The notes under the pieces were generated by a model. That model was not told the origin of the DNA. It did not search any database and saw only the letters and a list, made by a program, of their open reading frames with translations. This document shows, piece after piece, positions 12,199 through 24,263 of a stretch of 64,000 bases of DNA. Every line of letters begins with the position of its first letter. The first letter of the stretch is position 1. Made by a program: the position numbers and the translations under genes. Source of the DNA: Haliotis rufescens (lineage: Eukaryota); the NCBI RefSeq assembly GCF_023055435.1, contig NW_025963924.1, positions 6,014,001 to 6,078,000 on the forward strand. The letters are read 5' to 3'.

Positions 12199-12559
12199 CT
12201 GTAACAGACAGGCGTTATCAGTGTGGAATATGGAATGACCGTTGCGCATTAAAGTCGCTATTCTTCAGTTGACGTGAAGCGTCATTTGCCTACCTCTTCA
12301 CTATAGGATTTAAATGTCCATGTATATTTAGATATGGGAAATGCACAAGTGGTTATCTGAGCAGATATGCTTTTTTATTCATTAACTGTTCGCGTTTTGT
12401 GAAGCGCCTTTTTGTACAGACACGCAAGGATACACACAGGCACGAACGCACGAAAGCTTCTTAAGTCGAGAGTCGTATATGTGGATGGAACGCGTTAAGG
12501 TGTTGATCCAGGTCTCATGAAGTGTGCATACGTTGTTGTTGTCAAGGTATCACTGACAT

Positions 12560-13950
12560 AAATGTCGAATGCAATTCCCTGTTTTGACTTGTTCCAAATG
12601 TTCCTGTGTTTTTTCAGGTGAACAATTTACCTTTACCTGTATTTGTCGTGGGTGCCACTGGTAGGGCGGGATAACACTCACCTGGCATCATCACTATTTT
12701 TGTCACTGATGGGTCAAATTTGGAAATGTCCTCCACATGTCTACCATACAACTTTGCTTTGAAAGCTTTGCTGAGGTCTTGTATGTTGTAACATTGATTA
12801 AACCACTCATGAGAAAGAATGGCATGACGCTCCTTGAAATATTCACAGAAAGAACATGCTCGAATGTACCTCAAAAGTACTGAAATGTAAACAGTGAAGG
12901 CTGACTATTGGAAAGTTCAAGCCATCCCTCTTGTCATACAGTCTTGTGGCGAGTTTTTTTGTCACCCTGATCTATATGTAGTATAAAACACGTCGGAGTG
13001 TTTGGGGAGTTTCAAAACCGGAATCCTAGGGATAAAACCGAGCGGCGTCGGCCCCGAGGTTTTATCCCAAGGTTGAGGGTTTTAAATCTCATAAAAACCC
13101 GATGGTAAGTGTTTTATCCATCTTGTCATCCCTCTTGTCATAAAGTATTGTGGATGGTGTTTTGTCAAACTGAATCTCTATGCGTTGATCTAAAGATGAA
13201 AAAGATTAGGCAGTATCACTTGTCTCCTTTTATTTCTAGCTCAGGTGGGTACATCTGTGGAAGGGAAATGACTATTTCACCATTATTGAACGATTTTAGA
13301 CCACCAATATACCTGATGCTTAAGTTAAACTTCTTGGCCAAATTCCCTTTTCCCAATCTGAGCAGACCTTCCTCTTCATGTGCATAAAGAAACAGATGAG
13401 CAAGATGGGGAGCACAATTGGTGCCCATGGGGATGCCTACCAAATTTTACATTGTGTGATATAGATGTTATCAATGACTTCATATGTTGTTTTCTCAGTT
13501 TACGTCAGATAACATTTTCTTTTATATTTCACAAATTCTCCCGAACCTCTAACGATAGAGATATAACTATATCAATAGCCACCGCGTATAGTAACAAATG
13601 CCCTTTGAATCAAAGAATAAAGGTTTTCCCTTAGTTTGTCGTGTGAATTACAAGGACAGCTGTTGACAATGGATCGGGCGATCCTGAGGCTTTGACGATT
13701 CAGTATACCCGTGGAAGATGCCACTGACGTTGTTAATTTAACCCAGACCATGTACATGTTAGGGAAATAGTCCAATGATTTACTAATTTCATCTCTGATT
13801 TTTTTGGAACAAGCAAAATGATGCGGAAGAGGCAGGAGTACTGCTGTGCGGCTTCAGACAACAGACACTTATTATTGATGCGGATGCTACCTGTGGAGCA
13901 GAATATGATTCCCCTTCTCGCGAACACCCGGTGTCATCACTTATTTTCTG
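12560..13950 (-). mobile_element. Decayed Penelope-like retroelement RT (duplicates ~25465-26846, ~53365-54765)
   Basis: GIPMGTNCAPHLADLFLY and RYIRACS...FKERH...YGRH motifs. The 3' segment (12560-12700) is inverted relative to the RT body. Confidence 0.8.
12975..13120. mobile_element. Palindromic MITE-like insert within the PLE (duplicates ~25878-26022, ~53785-53928)
   Basis: Nested inverted repeats ATAAAACAC/GTGTTTTAT and GGGATAAAACC/GGTTTTATCCC. Confidence 0.55.
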
Positions 13951-14205
13951 GCCCGTGAAGATCCGGGGAAGAATAGGTCTTCAGCAACCTATGCTGGCTG
14001 CAAAAGGCGACTATGCTTGTCGTAAGAGGCGACTAACGGGATCGGGCTCGCTGACTTGGTTGATGCATGTCGTCGATCCCAATTGCGTGGATCGATGCTC
14101 ATGATGTCAATCACTGGATTGTCTGGTCGAGACTCGATTATTTACAGACCGCCGTCATATAGCTGGAATATTGCTGAGTGCAGCGTCAAACAACAAACAA
14201 ACAAA
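13950..14205 (+). mobile_element. SINE family A (duplicates 26847-27102, 54764-55015)
   Basis: Consensus match with (AAAC)n tail. Confidence 0.85.
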
Positions 14206-15084
14206 CACTTATTTTCTGTGATTCATTCATATCATCGTCACCGCTATTTTGTCTTTCACACCCAATGGAATCTGTTTCGTCACATAATCGAGACTGATTA
14301 CTCTCTGGCCATGAAGTTATTTGTATATATATATATGTGTATAATTATGTATAAAATGTCATGTAGATTGCTCCACCTTACGACCAATTGGTAGGTTTAG
14401 TCTTGTAAACGCAGTTACCCCTGATGATATATTTGCCCTATGGGGATATATAGGTGCGGACAAATGCATACATTGTTGATATACTCTTTAATTTCAGTTG
14501 ACATTGTGATTTTAAAAATAACATATATTTTATGAACACCTGCAGGCACGCAAGTTAACGTCAAAGACAGGTGTCCCCGTTCCGTTATCGTGGCACTCGC
14601 CAGTGTAGACCAGTCGCTGATTAACACATACAACGTAGAAAGAAGAGCCGGGGCGATTTTCGTAGGCGTTGAGGCCGTCAGGAAGGAACCTGCAGGTTGG
14701 GTTGTTGACGAAACACGGTGGTCCACAGTTGACTGACCCAAGACACGCGTACCGGGCATACTCGCCTGGAAACAGACATACCACAGATCCACCTAAAGTT
14801 GTCATTTGAAACCGAACACTGACGAACAACAAGTGCATGTCCGTTTGATTTCAAAGGGAAAAAATAGCGGGATCAAGTTTATAAAACAGTCCTCTAATTT
14901 GATTTGACTCAAATGTGTTCACTTTTTCCAATAGAAATGAATCAACGCATCTTCGTGTGTATGGATAAAATATGGCAACTACTGTGAAGCGCGTTCAGCC
15001 ATTGGCCAGTAATTAAGGATTGCTGTAGTTAATAACTGTTAAAAGTTATATATATATTCATGCTCTTGGTTTCCATCGAAACGA

Positions 15085-15362
15085 GACCCGTGAAGATTCC
15101 GGGGTAGAATAGGTCTTCAGCAACCAGTGCTTGCCCTAAAAGGCGACTATGCTTTTCGTAAGATGCGACTAACGGGATCGGGTGGTCAGGCTCGCTGACT
15201 TGGTTGAAGCATGTCATCGATCCCAATTGCGTGGATCGATGTTTATGGTATTAATCACTGGATTGTCTGGTCCAGACTCGATTACGTACAGGCCGCCGTT
15301 ATATAGCTGGAATATTGCTGAGTGCGGCGTTAAACAACAAACAAACAAACAAACAAACAAAC
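15085..15362 (+). mobile_element. SINE family A, full length, intron 2 of gene B (duplicate 27980-28248)
   Basis: TSD C(C/T)ATCGAAACGA; empty site in gene G at ~57403. Confidence 0.9.
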
Positions 15363-15689
15363 TATCGAAACGAAGAGGAAGCCTGGGCACTCACATTTTC
15401 CCAGGGGCTCCATTCTGTTACCGCACTGGACCATGCTGTAGTGCTCACATCTCTGTGTTCCAGGGTTGTACAACTGCGGGTAGGGACATTCCTGTAAGTT
15501 CTTCCCCAAGATGATGCGGTTAAATTTCATGGCTGGGGCGCTACAATTGTAGTACTGGGCACACTTTGTGGGGTGGGGTATTAGCGTCTCCGTCGTCGTG
15601 TTGCAAATGGGGTTCACGTCGCTTGTCGGTGCAATCAAGCTGATACTGGAATCAGTGTGAAGTGGCAGGTTGAAACTAGTTACCACAAA

Positions 15690-15895
15690 AACGTAGCACA
15701 ACACGCGCACAGACATACAAGAACACAACACACATATACTATACACACACACGGAGGCAACACACAACATACCCACACAACACATACATCACGCACAGAC
15801 ATACAAGAACACAACACACATATACTATACACACTCACGGGGGCAACACACAACATACCCACACAGCACATACATCACGCACAACACAACACAAC
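15690..15895 (+). repeat. CA-rich ~90-nt tandem repeat in intron 1 (expanded 28570-29030; related tracts 41400-41590, 51870-52070, 58300-58640)
   Basis: Repeating ACAGACATACAAGAACACAACACACATATACTATACACACACACGG... units. Confidence 0.8.
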
Positions 15896-16284
15896 GTCTT
15901 TAAAACAGAGAATCTTGCTCACATGATTCCAGGGCGACCAGCAGCACAATCAGGAAGTACAACATTCGACACTCACACATCATGGGGCTGCAGAAGAGAT
16001 CCAATCAGATGCCCCCCTGGATTTTTTTTTTATAGAAAACAGTTTTATTTGAATCAACTTGGGGACAAGTGATACTTGTGCAAATATTTGCCCTCCCTGT
16101 AAAAAAATGTTAACTGCGGCCTAATATGCGATCATCTGGTTTGGATAAAGCGAAATTTCACTTGTATGTCCAACAGATTGGTGTTATTCAGAGCTCGATC
16201 TGTATATTTTAATATGATAACAAATTCGTATTGTGTAGAACATGTAAATGGCCGTTTGGAATGTGTTTTAAAAGTACAGGTTTG

Positions 16285-16555
16285 ATTTGGTTGGTTGGTT
16301 TGTTGTTTAACGCCGCACTCAGCAATATTCCAGCTATATGACGGCGGTCTGTAAATAATCGAGTCTGGACCAGACAATCCAGTGATTAATATCATGAGCA
16401 TCGATCCACGCAATTGGGATCGATGACATGCTTCAACCAAGTCAGCGAGCCTGACCACCCGATCCCGTTTGTCGCCTTTTACGACAAACATAGTCGCCTT
16501 TTACGGCAAGTATTGGTTGCTGAAGACCTATTCTATCCCGGAATCTTCACGGGTC
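16285..16555 (-). mobile_element. SINE family A, full length (duplicates 29420-29664, 58940-59210)
   Basis: TSD TACA(G/A)GTTTGA; empty site upstream of gene A at ~11556. Confidence 0.9.
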
Positions 16556-17604
16556 TACAAGTTTGAATATGACTCCAATCACTTCCTGTATCCATAGTGA
16601 TCATAATGTCCTTATGTCTCAGTGTGTCAGTCAGAAACTTCAAATTCGGCCACACTCGGTTATCTTAGGTTAAGAAGAAAACAGCTGTCTCCCGTCTTGT
16701 CTGTATAGCTCTTCAGACAATGGTCAGCGTAAGTTAAATTCCACTTCCATTTATTATTTTGTGAATACGTGTAGAACTGAAGCTAAAACTGTAAATATTT
16801 ATTGAATATACTTGTACTGGCATGCTTTATCTAACTTAAATTCCACTTCCATTTGTTATTTTTATGCAGCCTGATATATAACATAAATCACAGCTTACCT
16901 TATCAACGCTATAACCGATATAGTGCAGGTGCTTGTGGTGTCTTGACTATAGGATTAAATGTCATTGTATATTAGATAAGAAAAATGCGCATATTCTTAT
17001 CTGAACAACAGATGGGTTTTTTATGTGCAAGGATATATTAGGTCTCCCTGTGCTGTAAAGTCTGTTGTACATACATGGACAGACAAAGATACGTACAGAC
17101 GCACGCACGGACTCGGTTTTGCCGGCACAAGGCACACAGTCATCACAGATCATGAGTTTCATTTGTTCTAAGTAATTCACGATCTTCTCAATGAAACACT
17201 GTAACCTATATTTGGGAATGAAGTTATTTTTCTCTTTGTTGTTTATTGATGCAATCAGCCAATAATCAGCTACATGGCAAGGAGCATGTAAATGACTGAG
17301 TTTGAACCACACAATCCAGTGATATATATTTTGGGTAGGGGGACATGCAATCAACCGAGTCAAAGAGCCTGACCACCAGATCAAGTTAGTAACTTCTCAC
17401 TACCAGCATAGACTAGTTTGTGTAAAAAATGCATATATGATGGCGGTCTGTAAGTTATCGAGTCTGGACCAGACAATCCAGTGATTGACATCATGAGCGA
17501 GCCTGACCACCCGATCCCGTTAGTCGCCTCTTACGACAAGCAAAGTCGCCTTTTACGGCAAGTATGGGTTGCTGAAGACCTGGTGTACACCGGATCTTCA
17601 CGGG

Positions 17605-18095
17605 AATGTTATCAATGAAGACGACCAGCGTTTCACATATTGTTTTCCCACGGAACCTCAGATGTCATTTGCTTTCATTTTTCAGAAATTGTCAGGGGCG
17701 GTCGGGTAGCCTAGTGGTTAAAGCGTTCGCACGTCACGCCGAGGACCCGGGTTCGATTCCCGACATGGGTACAATGTGTGAAGCCCATTTCTGGTGTCCC
17801 CCGCCGTGATATTGCTGGAATATTGCTAAAAGCGGCGTAAAACTATACTCACTCACTCACTCACTCACTCAGAAAGTGTCCTGAACCTCTGAAGATAGAT
17901 ATGTAACTATATCTTTAGTCTCCACATTTAGTAACAAATACCCCACGGATCAAGAAGAGAAGTCTTTCCTTAAATTTGTAATGTCGGACAGTAGTGTACA
18001 AAGTTGATAAATCAAATGTTTTGACAGAACTGAACCTTGTACTTCACTGAGTTTTCAGTGTTTAAAAAACCCACATGGTATTGATTCCACTTGTC
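17605..18095 (-). mobile_element. Penelope-like RT fragment with SINE insertion (related pieces 31230-31910 and 39540-40545)
   Basis: ICETL.F.IDNI-type RT segment, homologous to the + strand copy at 39540-39750 (KTICEMLDFLIDIIYVKF). Confidence 0.55.
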
Positions 18096-18443
18096 TAATA
18101 CTTCCTGGGGCGGTCAGGTAGCCTAGTGGTTAAAGCGTTTGCTCGTCACACCGAAGACCCGGGTTCGATTCCCGACATGGGCACACTGTGTGAAGTCCAT
18201 ATCTGGTGTCCCCCGCCTTGATATTGCTGGAATATTGCTAAAAGCGGCGTAAAACCATACTCACTCACTAATACTTTCTGTGAATATGAAGAATCTCCGC
18301 CCTTGATTGTATTAATGGTTGCGGTTAATCACTAAGGCAGGGATTTGGTTGTACATTTGCTGGACCCAGCAATATATCTCTCTGTTTACGCATTTCTATT
18401 TGAGCTGTTGAATCCATTACTCAAGAGGAATGGATATGTCTTC

Positions 18444-19375
18444 TTATCTCTGGAACGCCGTGAAGATCCGAGGTGATATAATATTTAAATCTATTTTAGC
18501 TGCAGTGATGTGTGGTTGAATTCTGATTCCAAATGGTGGGACCAGGTTTGATAGATTTTGAAACAGGTTTTCATATTGAGGGTGGAAAACACAGTTGTAT
18601 GCTGGATTACATTTATTTGAGTGCAGTTTAGTGATATATTGCAGTGAAAGTTTAATGCGGCGCAGTTCGAGTGAAGGTTCATCTGCCTCCACATACAAAC
18701 TGTCCACGGGAGAGGTCCTAAAAGCACCAAGACAGAGTCTTAGGCCTTGATGGTGTATAGTGTCCAATTTTTCTAACTTGCTTTTGCAGGCTCCACCATA
18801 GACAATGGAACCATAGTCTAGTTTGGAGCGTATTAACGATCTGTACAAGTGAAAGAGGGTGGTCTGATCGCCTCCCCACTCGGAATTTAAAACGACTTTG
18901 CCTTTAGATATTTAATGATACCTTGATAGGAGTACCATCTAAAAATACATCTGAATCCTTGTGAGGTTTGTATTTACGACAAAAGTGAATACAGTTTGTT
19001 TTGGATTTAGAAAATTTGAAGCCGTTTTCGTTTGCCCATTTTTTAATTTTGTTAAGACAGAGCTGTAGCTGTCTTTCTATTGTATTCATATTCTTACCAC
19101 GACAAGAAATGTTGAAATCGTCCACAAAAAGTGAACCATCAACGCTATTGTTTAATACTTTAGTGAGACTACTAATTTTGATGCTGAAAAGGGTGACTGA
19201 TAGTATGCTGCCTTGAGGGACGCTCTGATCTTGATCGAAATGATCAGACAAGGTAGATCCCAGTCGTACTTGAAATTGTCTGTTGTTTAAAAATTGCGAT
19301 ATGAACTGAGATAATCTGCCCCTCAATCCAAATTCATGCAAATCTTTTAAAATACCATGTTTCCACGTTGTATCA
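18444..19375 (-). mobile_element. I/Nimb-clade LINE RT fragment (duplicate ~46420-47297)
   Basis: VPQGSILSVTLF, LFVDDF, GFKFSKSKT, YRSLIRSKLDYG, GAFRTSPV motifs; internally deleted and frameshifted. Confidence 0.85.
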
Positions 19376-20267
19376 GAAAAATCCCTATGAAATATAAATT
19401 CGCATTAGTAGGACCATTTAGCATTAGGGGAGGGAGGGGATACAATAGTTTCTGCTTAAAGTTATAAAGTTTTGTCTGAAAGAATGAGCTTAGCAATTTT
19501 AATGCACGCCAAAGTCACCCTCAAATATCTGGAATATTGCTGACTGTGACATTTAACATACATATGTATATAAACATGTATATACTGTTCATTCCAAACT
19601 ATAGACTCCTGTATTTTATTGAGAAAATCGTTAATTGCTTGGAACAAATGAAACTCATGAAAGAATGACTTTGGTCGTGCATACGTCCATGTTAGTGTGT
19701 GTCATAACGTAGACCCAGATTCACTCATTCACTCGCTCGCTCGCTCGCTCACTCACTCGTCCAAATGGAATAACGAATTAACGATAATCTGGACTAACGA
19801 AGCATTCATCAATTATTTATAAAAGGACCATGTTTGGGTGGAGACATAACGACTGCCCCTTACTAGTGTGTTGCACAGTTTCTGAAGTATTTCCCTATAC
19901 TTTTTAGCAGCAGGATTTCTGCACATGTACGCAACAAACGTAATTCCAACATAATCCATAAACACGCTATGTATTGGATTGTCTGGTCAAAGTTTTGACA
20001 TAATTATTATCTGAACTCCAAACACAAATTCCAGGCCCCAATGGTCCCAAATGGAGAGGGGGGTGGGGGGTTGGTATTATTTGCTCCATCTCATGGCATT
20101 GGCAAGTTGCCATCGAGTGGGTAGGTTGAGTCTTGTGAACGCAATTACCCCTGGGGTACATTTGTGTTAGGATACCCCGTTGTTAAATACTTGCAGACAA
20201 ATACATGTATTGTTTTAGGAACTCTTTAATTTACATTGCAGTTGTGATTTGTAAAGCAACGGATTTT

Positions 20268-23200
20268 TTACGAACACCTGCAGGCGCGCAATTTGGCGTC
20301 AAAAATAGGTGCTCCCGTTCCGTAATCGTGGCACACGCCAGTGTAGACCAGTCGCTGATTAACGCACACCACGTAGTTGGGAGTGTTGAGGCGCCATTCG
20401 TAGACGTTGAGGCCGTCGGAGAGGTTCCTGCAGGTGGGATTGTGAACGTGGCATGGTATCCCACAGTACTTTCCCCCAGGACATGCGTGCTGTTCATATT
20501 CGCCTGGAAACAAACATATTTCAGATCCCGGTAAATTTGTAATTTGAATCCGAAAGCACACCAACAACATCGTATGACCCTCTTAATATTCAAATGACAA
20601 ATTTTGCAGGATCAATTTTATTTAACAGTCCTCTAATTTGAAAACAGTAGTTTGGATGATTGAACTGTGTAACATTGTTTCTGTTGAGATTGGGTAGGGG
20701 ATCAACGCATTGTATTTGGACAGTGATTAGTTGTCAGGAATGTTGTACTATTTAATGTAAACAGTTGTGAGGAAGTTACTATATTCAGATGCTGGTGTGC
20801 TGTGTAAACTGTAGTGAACTGTGATGGAGTGTTACAGAAACATGACTGCATTGTAGAATATTCTATGTTGTGATGACACTGGAAATTTCCAGTAGCTGGT
20901 TAGACCGTACATAAGGGGGCAAGAGCGTGCCTAATTAATGGCCTTGATGTCCACGGTTCTGAAAGAAAATGAATAATGTACAATTGGAACTAAAGACTCA
21001 TGAAAGAACTTGGTATAAGTGACATACGACATTATACCACGTACTAGAATAAGGCCAGTATGTTAAAACCTAAAGACATTTCCATTCCTCTTTTGTATTC
21101 CAAAGCTACATAAACATCCCTACAAAGAGAGATCAAGTGGATGGACACAGGGAACAAATCTGGAACACAACGCAATGCCCCCACACGCATTGTCCATCAC
21201 TACCTAAACAAAAAAGGTGTAAATTTGCCTCGTTGCCTGAACACCTGTAAATGATTAAAGGTTAAAGCTCAATCACCGAAACAACAACAACAACAACAGT
21301 TCCATGGCCAGTACAGGACTTTTCGTTTGTTTGTTTGTTTGTTTGTTGAGCCCAGGAATTCCAGCCTAGTTCGGTAAGGGTGGAAACTGGACTTTTAAAG
21401 TCAGTTAACCCTCTTGCCTCGGGAAGATGTTTACAGCAAGCATTGGTTATTGTTCTTTTGGCCACATATACAAATACACTGTCTGTCTGTCTCTCCATGG
21501 CCAGCATGATCACCGGATCCGAAACAGGTACGTGTCAACAGAATTTAGCAACATGCTTTTGTAAAGGAATTACGCCATAAGGCGGTTGACAACATAAGAA
21601 AGGTGACGTGGTAGAGTGCATTGATGGAGATGCGGAAACACGCATTTATCACCCAGAAACAACATTAGCAGGAACAGCTTCAGTTTTACAACAAGCGTCT
21701 ATTTCCATGATAGGATGAAACCGTCTTTTGGAGCCTATGTGTCTTCAGAACACATGTCCATGTGATTCATTCTGTCGTATTGATATATTTTAATATCAGA
21801 TGGATGACGTAATTGATTAAATCCATGTTGACATCAATATTCGTCTTTGTTTACTTTTACTGACATTCAAACTCAGTGAGAACGTTTTCATCAGGTTCGT
21901 TAAATCAATGTGAAGCAAGATTTGATCCTCCATGAACCGACGTTACATGCTTTGATGTAGGTTATATTGTATACCATTCATAGTTTTACGATTGATATAT
22001 TTTGAATAATAATCTGTTATTACCTATATATGATCACATCAAACGTGTACTCTTTCATTCAGTTGAAATGTACGCTAGCCTGGTGTATGTGGGATAAAAA
22101 CCTATTGCATTCCTGTGAAATAAATGCTTTCAGACATTTGCGGCAAATTTGCCAGTTACTGTAGTTTATTAATGTTAAAGGTATATATGTCCATGCTCTT
22201 TGTTTCTATTGAGAAGAGGGAAGCCAGGTGTAATATTAATGTTTTAAGCAGCTGATGGCCTGTGTCACACTGGATGATGAAACGTGTATAGTCGACGAAG
22301 TCATCTATATCCCCCGCCAATTTAACGCGTTATGGTCCCAAACCAGAGGTAACTGACCCAACATTTCTTAGCCTGTGTCAAAATATCTGCAATGGAAATC
22401 GTAAAATAAACACTTCTAAAACTCCTTAATATCAAATGGCACCAGTTCGGTATGTGCTTTACATATAGACATGCAATGTTTGGCAAGGAAATATTTAACA
22501 ATTTATTTGTTATACTCCATAAGTGAACCCACCCTATATTAAAACTTAAATCCAACTTGTTGCCATGGAAACGTAAAAAAAATAAAAAATTCTAAAAGTG
22601 CTAAATATCAAAAGGAACCAGTTCAGTTTGTGCCTTGCAGACAGGCAAAGTTTTGTAAGAAAGTATTTAACAGATTATGAGTTACGCTCCGGAAACGAAC
22701 ACCACCCTATAGAACCTAAGTCCAACTTGTTGCCATGGAAACGTAAAAAATAAACATTTCTAAAATTCCTAAAGAGCAAAAGGCACCAGTTCAGCATGAG
22801 TCTGATAGATATGCAAAGTTTCGTAGAGAAATCTTTAATGGTTTCTCAGTTATGCTCCGGAAACTATTTCGGGACGCACGCACACACGCACGGACGGACG
22901 GACGGAACCCATTTCTATATCCCCCACCAACTTCGTTGGGCGGGGGATAATAAACGATTGAAGACCTAGTAGCGTGTACCTTGCTTAATGTTATTCACTC
23001 GCTTCCATGACCTAAGGGGCATAACTCTCATGCCTCATTACACCATGCATACCGCTAAAATACATATCGCACTGTGTTATACTCATGTGCTAACATGTGA
23101 ACACTACACCTGGGTACTTACACTTCCCCAGGGGCTCTGTTCTGTTCCCACACGTGACTTTACAGTAGTGCTCACATCTCTGTGTTTCAGGGTTGTACAG

Positions 23201-24263
23201 CTCCGGGAAGGGACATTCCTGTAGGTTTTGTCCTAAAAAGCCGTAACGATGTATTATCATGCCCGGTGCGCTACAGTTGTAGTACTGGGCACACTTAGTA
23301 GGGTGGGGGATCAGTGTCTCCATCGTTGTCTTGCAAATGGGGTTCACGTCGACGTCGCTTGTGGGTGCAATCAAAGCTGATGCTGGAATCAGTGTGAAGT
23401 GACAGGTTTAATACTTGTTTGCGAGTGAGGACTCTTAGGTCCACTTTATCCCTTGTTACTAGTGACGCCAAACACTCTTCACCCACCTCTACCCCTATCT
23501 CCCTCTCTCTCTCCCTCACCGACCCTATCTCAACCCTAACCTTTTACCTCTGGGGAACAACGTTCTCAATCTATCCGATCCCCACTCTAACCTCTCTTAC
23601 ACTGCACATCACATCCACCTATTCTCTCACCTCCAGCGACCCGTGATGATTCCGGGGTAGAATAGGTCTTCAGCAACCAATGCTTGCCGCAAAGGTGGCT
23701 ATGCTTGTCGTAAAAGGCGACTAACAGGATCGGGTGGTCAGGCTCGCTGACTTGGTTGATGCATGTCATTGATCCCAATTGCGTGGATCGATGCTCATGA
23801 TATTAATCACTGGATTGTCTTGTCTAGACTCGATTATTTACAGACCGCCGTCATATAGCTGGAATATTGCTGAGTGCGGCGTTAAACAACAAACCAACCA
23901 ATCAGTCAATCTCACCTCCACCGACCAACTCTCCTCACCAAATCCATCTCTCAACCTACCCTTTCGTATTTCCGCCGGGAAGGGGTAGCCCGGTGATTAA
24001 AGCATTCGCTCTTCACACTGAAGGCCCGGGTTCTAGTACCCGCCCTGATATTACTGGAATATTACTGAAGGCGATGTGTAATCACACTCAGTCAGTCACT
24101 CACTCACTCACTTACCTACCTCCGCAGACTAACGATCCTCAATATTTCCTTTACCTCCACCCAAGTACAACACAGCATCATTAAAAAGAGAAGCCTGCTC
24201 ACATGATTCCAGGGCGATCAGCAACACCATCAGCAAGCACAACACGCGACACTCACACATCAT
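20268..24263 (-). CDS. Gene C: secreted tandem chitin-binding-domain protein, 185 aa; join(24263-24203, 23382-23122, 20503-20268)
   Basis: Same exon architecture and GT-AG sites; 61+261+236 nt, open frame. Exon 2 ...CAQYYNCSAPGMIIHRYGFLGQNLQECPFPELYNPETQRCEHYCKVTCGNRTEPLGK. Exon 3 (C)EYEQHACPGGKYCGIPC...LRACRCS*. ATTAAA ~40 nt after the stop. Confidence 0.88.
22280..22950 (+). mobile_element. Helentron/HINE-like non-autonomous element
   Basis: Subterminal direct repeat CTATATCCCCC(G/A)CCAA, (GGAC)n tract, 3' hairpin ATCCCCC..CCAAC TTC GTTGG..GGGGGAT; collapsed form at ~50920-50992. Confidence 0.5.

Larger units (their letters stand above)
14530..15983 (-). pseudogene. Gene B: paralogue with 1-nt deletion at start of exon 2; exons 15983-15923, 15645-15395, 14765-14530
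   Basis: Exon 2 is 251 nt and begins TATCAGCTTGATT versus TATCAGCATTGATT in D and G, giving an immediate in-frame TGA after splicing. Exons 1 and 3 are open with intact splice sites. A sequencing error cannot be excluded. Confidence 0.75.
10070..17410 (+). repeat. Segmental duplication unit, ~22962-30523 and ~51000-60060
   Basis: Colinear near-identity including introns, PLE and SINE insertions. Confidence 0.9.

Noticed and set aside
14415-14792. Ser/Thr-rich alternative-frame ORFs over exon 3 (also 5280-5567, 20231-20593, 38731-38997, 48148-48414)
   Set aside because: Splice phase from exon 2 selects the Cys-conserving frame; these are shadow frames.
15182-15514. Recurrent MVRLADLVDACHRSQLRG... 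ORFs
   Set aside because: Incidental reading frame of SINE family A in both orientations.
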